64,000 bases of DNA from an uncultured Planctomycetaceae bacterium (GTDB taxonomy: Bacteria; Planctomycetota; Planctomycetia; Planctomycetales; Planctomycetaceae): positions 127,342-191,341 of the forward strand of contig CAWFGE010000016.1 in assembly GCA_963815195.1 (NCBI GenBank), in the 5' to 3' direction. A program made the translations under genes and the position numbers. Below the pieces are notes generated by a model. It saw nothing but the letters and a program-made list of their open reading frames with translations, was not told the DNA's origin and ran no database searches. Positions 18,964 through 28,217 of this stretch are shown here, in pieces; position 1 is the stretch's first letter; every line of letters starts with the position of its first letter.

Positions 18964-20352
18964 ATGAACGCCCCCTACGACAATTCGATGTCCTCGAAAA
19001 CCGAATCGCCGCCCGCATCGCGTACTCGCAGGCGCCGGTGGTTTATTGCGTTGTATCCTCTGTATCTGTTGATTGTGCTATGGGTGGGTGTCCAGTTTTT
19101 TTGGACGGTGCGTGAGCGAACGACCGGGCAATCGCAGCAGGATGTGTGGGGCTATTATTACAGGAAGCTGCCGGCCGTGCGGGACGCGGAAGTCCGCTCC
19201 GATGATAAGACCGTGGACATTCTGCTTCTGGGCGGTTCGGTGCTCGAACAGGTCGCCCCGTTTTTGGAGACCGCCGCCAAACGGGAGTTGACGAGGCCTG
19301 TGCGGGTGTTTTCGGTGTGCACTTCCGCCCACACCTCGCGGGACAGCTATCTCAAATTCACGCAACTCGAAAAGCAGCACTTCGATCTGGTGGTGATCTG
19401 CCATGGCATCAACGATGCCCGCATGAACTGCGTGCGGGACGATTTGTTCCGGGACGATTACACGCATTGCGTCCACTACAACAGCCTCCAGCGGGCGGTG
19501 AAAGCCGGTTCGCTCACGATAACGGGGCTGATTCGGGACCGGCTGGATCAACTGATCCCGCTCGGCGAACCGGAACCGGACTTGGTGGACTTCGGCAAGA
19601 CGATCAAGACGCGCGGGCCCTTCCGGCAGAACTTGGAAGGCATCGTGAATGCCGCCCGGAGCCGGTCCAGCCGGGTGATGCTGATGACCTTCGCCTTCTG
19701 GCTGCCGGCGGATTATTCCAAGGAAAGGTTTCTCCATCACCAGTTGGGCTACGGCAGAGGCCGGTACGAATTGCCCGCGGAAGTCTGGGGAAAGCCGGAG
19801 AATGTGATCGCGGCGATCGAGGCCCACAACGAGGAAATTCGCAAACTCGCCCGGCGGGACGATGTGATCTTCATCGATCAGGAACGGGAACTGCCGCACG
19901 ACGGCCGGCATTTCGCGGATGTGTGCCACCTCACCGATCGGGGCTGCGAAAAGTTCGTCCAAGACCTGCTGCCGGCGATCAAAGCCCAATTCCCCGCCGG
20001 CACGAAGATGCACTACGTGGCTCATTTCGACAATTCGCAATTTAACCTGGCGAACCCCGATCCCAACAAAACCGTGACCTGGGGCGATCAGACGTGGAAC
20101 GAAATGATGATCGGCTACTTCGACATCGCCGTCCCCGTCGAGGTCGTCCGCCCCGACCAAGAAAAAGCCGCCCAAGACCGCGCCGCCGCCCTCCTCAACC
20201 GCTACGACCAAGATCAGAACGGCCAAATCGAACGCAGCGAACCACCCAAAGCGCTCTTGGGAATCTTCGACCGCCTGGATCAAAACGGCGATAAAATCCT
20301 CACCGAAGAGGAACTCCTCAAAGCCGCGAAGCTACTGCCCAACCTGCGATGA
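18964..20352 (+). CDS. SGNH/GDSL hydrolase-like membrane protein fused to a monooxygenase-like C-terminal fragment and EF-hands (start uncertain)
   Basis: LLGGSV, HGINDA, FADVCH; then GTKMHYVAHFDNS..N.ANPDP...WGDQTWNEMMIGYFD; DQDQNGQI and DQNGDKIL EF-hand loops. Confidence 0.8.
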   Translation: MNAPYDNSMSSKTESPPASRTRRRRWFIALYPLYLLIVLWVGVQFFWTVRERTTGQSQQDVWGYYYRKLPAVRDAEVRSDDKTVDILLLGGSVLEQVAPFLETAAKRELTRPVRVFSVCTSAHTSRDSYLKFTQLEKQHFDLVVICHGINDARMNCVRDDLFRDDYTHCVHYNSLQRAVKAGSLTITGLIRDRLDQLIPLGEPEPDLVDFGKTIKTRGPFRQNLEGIVNAARSRSSRVMLMTFAFWLPADYSKERFLHHQLGYGRGRYELPAEVWGKPENVIAAIEAHNEEIRKLARRDDVIFIDQERELPHDGRHFADVCHLTDRGCEKFVQDLLPAIKAQFPAGTKMHYVAHFDNSQFNLANPDPNKTVTWGDQTWNEMMIGYFDIAVPVEVVRPDQEKAAQDRAAALLNRYDQDQNGQIERSEPPKALLGIFDRLDQNGDKILTEEELLKAAKLLPNLR

Positions 20353-20389
20353 ATCTATAGGCCAGGGAGCGGAGACCAGAATTTCGCTT

Positions 20390-20418
20390 TTGCGAAATGT
20401 TGTTGTTGAGCGTATAAT
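20390..20418 (+). promoter_or_regulatory. Sigma-70 promoter
   Basis: TTGCGA-17 nt-TATAAT. Confidence 0.7.
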
Positions 20419-20440
20419 TGAAACAGGCGGAACGAAATCT

Positions 20441-20671
20441 TTGACGAGCTTCAAAATAACGCAAATTGTCTTAAACGACGATCAGGCCGAAGCCATCCGA
20501 GGCGCCACCGGTCCGGTCCAATTGCTCGACCGCGATGGAAAACTTTTGGGCAACATCACGCATCCCTATTCCCGCGAACGGATTGCCGAGTTAAAACGCC
20601 GAGCGGAATCGGAGGGTCCCTGGTACACAACGGAGCAAGTTCTCAATCACTTGGCTTCGTTGGATCAATGA
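20441..20671 (+). CDS. Small antitoxin-like hypothetical protein (start uncertain)
   Basis: IAELKRRAESEGPWYTTEQVLNHL C-terminus; follows the promoter; ATGA overlap with the next ORF. Confidence 0.6.
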   Translation: MTSFKITQIVLNDDQAEAIRGATGPVQLLDRDGKLLGNITHPYSRERIAELKRRAESEGPWYTTEQVLNHLASLDQ

Positions 20672-21336
20672 TCAATTCAATGCGTCGACAAACGAGTCGC
20701 AAACGTCGAATTCGAGAACTCATTGACTCCACATATGCTGGGAATGCCATTTTGCTGGACGAGCTGCGCTGGGCCGTCTTGGACGCAGAATCGACTGCAA
20801 CCGATTCAAAAGATGACGAAATCAGCCGCAGCTGGCTGAATAGCTTCGCTCGCACAATTCGCGAGCAGTTTCCCGAATTCGTGATCGAGAAGATTCCGAT
20901 TAACAATGCAACCCCTTTGGGACTCGTCGCTCGTACTGCACTTTATCGACTAAAATCGCCGAGTGAACTTCGAGGGTTCCTAACAAACGCGGAGGAACCG
21001 ACCATTCTCTGCCGTTTTCAACGAAAGCAGGATGCTAGCCACAAAGCTCGATACCATTGGCGGTACGTAATCCCGCACCACCACGTTGCCACATTTCGCG
21101 TTTTCAACGAAGAACCCGGAAAGCTTAACTACGACATCATCAACTTGTATCCGGGGGTGCTGATCCCAGCTACACAGAAACTATCGTTAATCGTGCCACC
21201 GAACACGGAGCTTGATTTGCCATCAATCGCAGACGTCCCCTGGAAACTGCTTGGCTACGATGAAGACTTGAACGATCGTTACGAGGTTGCTGGAACCGAT
21301 TCCCTATCGTGCGTCGAACGCGATCGTCGGCCCTAA
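20668..21336 (+). CDS. Hypothetical protein, lower GC
   Basis: 222-aa open frame, translationally coupled to the upstream gene; no recognised motif. Confidence 0.55.
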   Translation: MINSMRRQTSRKRRIRELIDSTYAGNAILLDELRWAVLDAESTATDSKDDEISRSWLNSFARTIREQFPEFVIEKIPINNATPLGLVARTALYRLKSPSELRGFLTNAEEPTILCRFQRKQDASHKARYHWRYVIPHHHVATFRVFNEEPGKLNYDIINLYPGVLIPATQKLSLIVPPNTELDLPSIADVPWKLLGYDEDLNDRYEVAGTDSLSCVERDRRP

Positions 21337-21764
21337 TGTTGTCCTGTGCCAATTTCCGAAAAATCGTTTTTTTTCATCGGCCCGTATCAATCGCGCGATA
21401 CTCGAAACGATGGCGCGACGTGCCCAACGCCATACGAGAATGACGAGCGCGAGCGTTAGCCGATAGATCATGGCGCGGATATCCATAGCATCACATGATA
21501 TGCATTATGCTTGCTGTCGGCAATAGGCCTTTGCCGCGGTCGGTCCGCATAGCGGACACTTCGATCTGGAAACCATGCTCTATCTTACATCGGACGCGAT
21601 TGTCGGCACTAATGTTGTCCGGTGGCAAAAAGCTCGTAGCGTTTTTTTTAATATCGTGCATTAACCGACCGACGCTCGACACGACTGCGCGACCTAGCCA
21701 GCGCAACAGGAGGGCGAGTAGTGCGAGCGTCAATCGATAGATAGCGACGGTAATGTTCATGCCA
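21291..21764. repeat. Degenerate direct duplication of about 200 bp (21291-21490 and 21567-21764)
   Basis: Shared blocks such as ACGCGAT.GTCGGC.CTAATGTTGTCC and GCGAGCGT.A..CGATAGAT; paralogous minus-strand peptides. Confidence 0.75.
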
Positions 21765-21813
21765 ATAGTGTATGCAGCGAGGAGACGATCGGCAAGGGGC
21801 TCTTCGGCCTCGG

Positions 21814-24800
21814 CTACGCCGCCGCCGAAAACTCATCGCCGTTGGTTTGGAATTCGCCGTGTTCGTTGACGTCTTCGAAGCGGACGGACATGCGTTTGGA
21901 GACGCCGGATTGCTCCATGGTCACGCCGTAGATCACGTCGGCGATGGTCATCGTGGGTTTTTTGTGGGTGATGACGATGAACTGCGTGTTGCCTTTGAAC
22001 TCTTCCAACAAAGCTCCCAGGCGGCCGACGTTGGCTTCGTCCAGCGGGGCATCGACTTCGTCAAGAAGGCAATAAGGGCTCGGGCGGGTTTTGAAGAGGG
22101 CCAGTAAGAGGGCGAACGCGGTGAGGGCTTTTTCGCCGCCGCTTAAGAGCGAAATGCTTTTGAGGTCTTTGCCCGGCGGCCGGGCGACGATTTCGATGCC
22201 GCATTCCAACACGTCCTGCGGATCTTCGAGCACGATGTCCCCGTCGCCGCCGCCGAAGGCTTTGCGGAACAAATGCTGAAAGTGCCCGCGGACCTGCTCG
22301 AAGGTCTCGACGAACATGCGTTTGCTCTCGGCGTTGATCCGCCGGACGATGTCTTCCAGCGTGCGCTTGGCCTCGGTCAGGTCGGCGAGCTGCGTGAAGA
22401 GGTGGTGATGCCGGGTTTCCATTTCCTCCAGGCTGCTCAGGCTGTCGGTGTCGATGTTGCCCATCGTTTTGAGCTTTCGCCGGAGCCGATTGACCTGGTT
22501 TTCCAATTCCTCGCGGATGTCTTCGTATTCGGGAATCTGCCGAGTGCTTTCCCAAGCCGACGGCTTGCCGTCGGGATCGGATTCGGGATCTGAGTCCGAC
22601 GATAAATCGTCGGCTTGGGGATCTTCCAGAATCCCGGCAACGAGCTCATTGGCGTGATTGTCGCGCCAGTCCGGGTAGTTCTCGTCGAGATAATCGTGAT
22701 AGGCGGACGCGCCGGACGCCACGACTTCTTCCAGCGGAATTTGATACTCCTCTTGGATTTTCTCATCCAAGTTGGCGAGTTGATGGCGGATATCGCGGGC
22801 TTCGATCTCCACGCAGTGCTGGCGGTCGTTTAACTCCCGCGCTCGGCCCGGAGCTTGGTTTCTTCCTTGAGCAGCACCGCCCGGCGGCCGCGGAGCGTCT
22901 CTTTCTGCCGCGAGAATCCGCCCGCCGTCTGGGCGATGCGTTCCTGCTCCAAGGCGATTTCCGCGAGCGTCGCGTTCGTGTTCAAGATATGCAGCAAAAT
23001 CTCCCGGCGTTTTTCGACGACCGAGACCAGTCGGCGTTCCGCTTCGTCCCGCTGCTGCAGGCGGGTCTCTTGGTCGCGTTCCAACCGCTCCGCCGCGGTT
23101 TGCAGGCCCACCAGCCGTTCTTCGTGCTTGGCGAGATTGAGCTGCTCTTCGGTCTTGAATTGCTCCAAGGTCTGCAGGCGATGCTCGGAGCGGGCGACAT
23201 CGAACTCCAGCGTGCTGATTTCGATTTGCAGCGTTTCGACTTGTTCCTCGGTCCGGGCCAGGATTCGTTCCCCGGTCCGCAATTCGATCGTGAGACGCTC
23301 GGTCTCTTCGGTCAATCGCGTGATCTCGGCGTCGAGGGCATCCCAGTCGCGCATCAGGCGGACGAGTTCCTGCTCGTGTCCGGTGTAGTCGGCTTTGAGT
23401 TCCGCATGGTGATCGGCGAGTTCCTGCAGGTCCGAATCCGCGGCATCCAGTTCCGCATCAAAGCCGGTGAGATTTTCCGATAACTCTTCGAGCCGGCGTT
23501 CTTCCTGGACGATGGTTTTCTCGCTGTTGAGCAAATCGTATTTGAGCTGTTGAAGCTCGCTCTTGCGAGACACGAGCGCGGTCTCGGGGCGGAGCGAACC
23601 CGCCGTCAACCGGCCGTCGGCTTCCAAGAGTTCCCCTTGCAGTGTGACAAACCGAGAGCCCCGGCCTTTGCCTTCCGACAACTCCAAGGCCACATCCAGC
23701 GTTTCGACGATCCAAGTGTCCGCCAACAATCGGGCCGGCAGATCGGGCAGCGATTTGCACTCCCGCACCAACGCATCGGCCCGGCACTCGACGCCCGGTT
23801 CGTTGGAAAGATCAATGATCGCGCTTCCTGCCCAAGCCGACGGACCAACCTGCGGTCCGTGCCCAGCGTCGGTTCCGACGACGGAGTCGTCGGCTTGGGG
23901 GGGCGTCCAGATGGTTTCCGTTTTCTCCGTCGAATGCGCCAAAAAACCCACGCGGCCGGAAATCTCGTAGGTGCCGGTTTTGAGATATGCGACCAGCGAA
24001 TCCAATTCATCGAGGACGATCAACTGCGCCCGGCTGCCGAGGGCGACTTCCAAGAGTGCTGCATGTTCCAGATCGACCTTCAACAAGTCGGCTACGCTGC
24101 CTTGGATTTGGTTCCAAGGCGGTTCGGGAATCGATTTCGCACGGTGCAAAATCTCCCGCACGCCCACGCCCAGGCCTTGCTGCCGGCGTTCGAGATCCTC
24201 CAAAACGCTTTTCCGGGCTTTCCAGGCGCTTCGTTGTTCGCGGAGGTCCGACAGCGCCTGGAGGTGTTCGTGGCGTTCTTCCAGAAGTTCCCGCCGGCGG
24301 GTGTGGATGGTTTGGATGTGGTCGCCCATGTGGACCACCCGCTCGCCGGAGTCTTCGAGCTTGGCCCGGCGCGATTCGCACTCGGCCCGGCACGCGGCAA
24401 TGGATTCCTCGAGCGCAGACCGGCGGGCGAGCACTGCGGTCTTGGAGTCGGCGGCGATTTGGAGTTGCTTGTTGAGTCCGCTGACCTGCGTCCCGGCTGC
24501 GGACGATTCCCGCATCTGCTCCAAAAGCTGCTCGCGCTTGTCATCGACTTCGCGGCGTTCCTGTTCGATCCGCTTGGCGAGCGTTTTGATTTCTTCGACG
24601 TGCTTTTTCAGTTGCGATTGGCGTTCGTCAAACTCCCGGGCGAAATGCTGGACCTGCCCGCGGACGTGCTCCATTTCCTGGACGACCTCTGTGGCGCGGG
24701 CGCTCGATTTGCGTGCGCTGCTTGCGGAGCCGGGCGAGTTCGCCGTCGAGTTCTTTTAGCCTCGCGGTTTGGAAGCGGATCGTGGATTCGTGTGAAGCCA

Positions 24801-25686
24801 GCGTCTCCCGGCGGGCGGAACTCGCGCGTTCGACGGTGCGGAGCTCATCCTCGACCTCGGAGATTTCCACATCCAACCCGCCGAGTTGCTCTTCCAACTG
24901 CCCGTGCTCGGCGTTCACATTTTCCAGCCGGGCGGCGCACTCGGCGATCTCTGCATCGAGGTCTTTTAGCGCCTGTGAACGGAAGCGGTAATCATCCCCC
25001 GCCAGGCCCCACCAGAGTTTTTTGAGTTCCGCCGAAATCTCCCGAAACTTCGCGGCTTTGCCGGCTTGGGTGCGGAGCGAATTGAGCCGGCTTTCGACCT
25101 CATCGACGATGTCGGTCAATCGGAGCAGGTTTTGATCGACCCGCTCGAGTTTCCGCATCGCCTCGGCTTTGCGGGCTTTGAAGCGGCTGATGCCGGCGGC
25201 TTCCTCGAAGATCGACCGCCGGCTCGCGGCGTTGGCTTGAAGAATCTGATCGACCCGGCCCTGCTCGATGATGCAATACGCCGCGGACCCGGCTCCGGTG
25301 CCCATGAAGAGTTCGCGGATGTCCTTGAGCCGGGCGGTGTTGCGGTTGATGAGGTATTCCGCATCCCCGTTGCGCCACAGCCGGCGGCCGATCGAGACTT
25401 CCTGGGCTAGGGTGGGGAGAAAGCCGGAGGTGTTGTCGAAGGTGAGCGTGGCCTCGGCGTAGTTGTTGGGTTTTCGGCCTTGGGCGCCGTTGAAGATGAC
25501 GTCGGTCATCTCCTTGCCGCGCAGACTTTTAGCGCTCTGGTCGCCTAAGATCCATTTGATCCCGTCGACCACGTTGCTTTTGCCGCTGCCGTTCGGCCCC
25601 ACCACGGCGGTGATGCCGGGGGAGAAGTCGAACTTGGTCTTGTCCGCAAAGCTCTTAAAGCCCAGCAGTTCCAGCGATTTCAACAT
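21814..25686 (-). CDS. smc: Chromosome segregation protein SMC (frameshifts about 24705 and 22838)
   Basis: GFKSFADK, VVGPNGSGKSN (Walker A), hinge region, LSGGEK signature, LLDEVDAPLDEAN; split over three ORFs. Confidence 0.95.
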
Positions 25687-25819
25687 GTGAAAACCCGCGG
25701 GCACGCCTCCGTGGGTGCCGCTGTGGATGAAAAACCACGAAGGCCCGGAATTCACGGAGTCACCTGCCGGCGATTCTGCTCCGTGTTTTCCGCGCCTCCG
25801 TGGTCTTAAAGTCAAGAGT

Positions 25820-27866
25820 TTATTTTGATTTCGATTCCGATTCCGATTCGTCCTTGCGGTCGTTCTCGTCGTCCGAGAGCGAGACCTCTTTCGGTTTCAG
25901 AATCCGGCCGAGATCGTACCACTTTCGGCGATCTTTCAAAACATCATCTTGCGGAGCGACGACTTCCTGGTCCTCGGCTTCGCCTTTTTTCGTATCTTCT
26001 TCGGAGTCATCGGGTTCCGCCTTCTGAGCGGGCGGGTCCCAGGAACCGTCGGCGGCGGGATCCAGATTCTCGTTCCTCCCGGGCGGCCTCAAACAAGTTC
26101 GGGACGAGGCCCGCGTTGCCGACGTGCGTCTTGCGGCCGGCCTTTTCGGGATCGGCGGGATCCGGGCGTTCGTAAACGCGGCCCGCTTTGGGGAGGGCGT
26201 CCAGCTTGAGTTCGCCCGGCAGGTTTCGCTGGTGGTCCGCCTGGATGAGCATTTGGGCCACGTCGGGATAGCTCGCCCCCATGTCGGTCACGGCCCGGAT
26301 CACGTCGGCAATTCGCAGGGGAACTTCCTGCCGGCGGTCGGAACGGTCCAACTCATACCGGCTGACCGCGACCGTCTTGCTGCCTGAAGGAGTCGTAATC
26401 AGAATATGTTCGCCCGCCTTCAGAGCCAGGGGCGGTTGGAATTCCTGCTCGGCATTGAACAGCACCACCTCGGCCTTGCGGCGATTCGTGAGGTGCACGA
26501 GCGGCGCGCCTTTCGTCTTCAGGACGTGCAGCATGAACTGATCGTTCAGCTTTTCGCCGCGAATGAACGGGTCGTTCGGATCGAGCACCGTCAGCGACCG
26601 GAAGGATCCGTAGCGGGTTTCGGCACTCGTGCCGTTCATCAAATCGCGAAGCGCCAAATGGGCTTCGGCGTCGTCCACGGCGGCGAGCGCGGCAAACGCG
26701 AAGATCCGAAACGCCGGCTCGTCGTGCGCGGCCTCGGCGAGATGCCGTATGCCTTCCGGCTCTTCCATGTAGGCCAGCGCCACCGCCGCGTGGAACCGCA
26801 CTTCCAACAGCGGGTTATTGAGCGCCTGCTTCAGCACGGGGACCGCATCGTGGCCGAGGGCCTCGAGTTCCAGCGACGCCTTTTCGGCCGTTCTGGGATT
26901 GTTGAGTTCCGCACTGAGCTTTTCCCTCCGCACCCGCTTGGCGATGGTGGTCTCGCGGAAGGCGATGTTGCGGATGACCTGCAAATAGCGAGGGTAGTTG
27001 TTTTTGTACTTCGGCGGGATCTTGAGCACGATCCGCTGATCGGTCTTGGCTTCGGCGAGCGGTTCGCGGAGTCCGTATTCGTTATAGGTAAAAAACCGCG
27101 TGCCGATGCGGTCGGCGATGCGTTTGGAGTTTCGGAAGCTGCGAAAATCGTTGCGGAGGAAAATCGTCAGATCGCGCTCGGTCAGCGACAGGCCGCCGCC
27201 CAGCACCCGGCCGCGGCGGAGCACGGCGGCCAGCGACGCCTTGTCGCCTTCGCCGGTCGAGACCAAAATCGGGCCCTCACCCTTGGCAAAGACGCGGCCT
27301 TTCATCAACCCCTTCCCGGGAACGATCTGCTGCTCCGTGAGATAGGTTTCCATCAGCCAGCCGCCGTTGAGGCTGGTCGATTCGCTTTCGCCCGGGACGC
27401 GAACCTCGATGTCGAATCGGTCGCCTTTGCGCACGAGCGGCGGCAGATAAGCCCGCACGATGACGAGCGCCGTGTTCGGCGAGGCGAGGATCTGGTTCGG
27501 GTTTTTGATGTTGCGGCGTTTCATTTCGTCGAGCATCATCTCGCGGTAATGCGAGGGCGGAGGATCGCTGCCCGTGCCGTCGAGACCCGTGACCAGCCCC
27601 ACGCCCTGGAGCGTGATGAGGTTCAGTCCCGTGATCGTGGTGTGATCGCCGATCAACGGCGTCGTCACTGTGGTTTCCAGCGGGGAATCGTCGGGGCTCT
27701 GCGAGCGGGCCGTTTTCCCGTCGCTGAACGGGTTCACGGAGTTGAAGGCCGTCGCCATGTCCGGCAGCCGATGACCGGCCGCCCCGCAGCCCGCGGCGAA
27801 AACGCTCGCCAGGAGACCCAAGCCGATGCCCACGATCGGCCTGCCAAATCGCGAAGAGAATCTCAT
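25820..27866 (-). CDS. Flagellar P-ring protein FlgI-like protein with HEAT-like C-terminal region (frameshift about 26050)
   Basis: LQGVGLVTGLDGTG, NTALVIVRAYLPP, GDRFDIEV, TSLNGGWLMETYL; lipobox-like FAAGC. Confidence 0.8.
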
Positions 27867-27918
27867 AAAACCAGAACTCCCTGGGTGGAGGGATTCGCAC
27901 GTCGTTCCGCGGCACAAC

Positions 27919-28030
27919 GGCGAGCAGACCAACCTGCGGTCGGTGCCCGCGTCAGCCCCGTGATGTCTGCTTCAACGTCGAGATTGGAGCGCAAACGTTG
28001 AGATCATGGGGCTGATGCCCCACGCTCGCC
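27919..28030. repeat. REP/MITE-like element, copy 1
   Basis: GGCGAGCAGACCAACCTGCGGTCGGTGCCCGCGTCAGCCCCGTGAT ... ATCATGGGGCTGATGCCCCACGCTCGCC; arms nearly identical to 55000-55169. Confidence 0.85.
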
Positions 28031-28217
28031 GGGTGATCACAGAATTTCGTGCAGGGGGAAATTTCGGGGAATCTGGAGAGAGAGGCCGGGAGCATACGCC
28101 GAGCCCGGGAATCGGTCAAGACGAGTTCCCAAGCCCTCGACGCCGCGGGTTCAGGCTCCCATAATGACCGGCGGTCGGCGACTCTCTCCCGCGAAAACTT
28201 TTCCCTGTTATTTGCTT

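Noticed and set aside
21814..25686. smc, lon and other split genes as pseudogenes or programmed frameshifts
   Set aside because: All motifs are intact, no shared slippery site is evident, and indels are spread over unrelated genes; artefact is more likely
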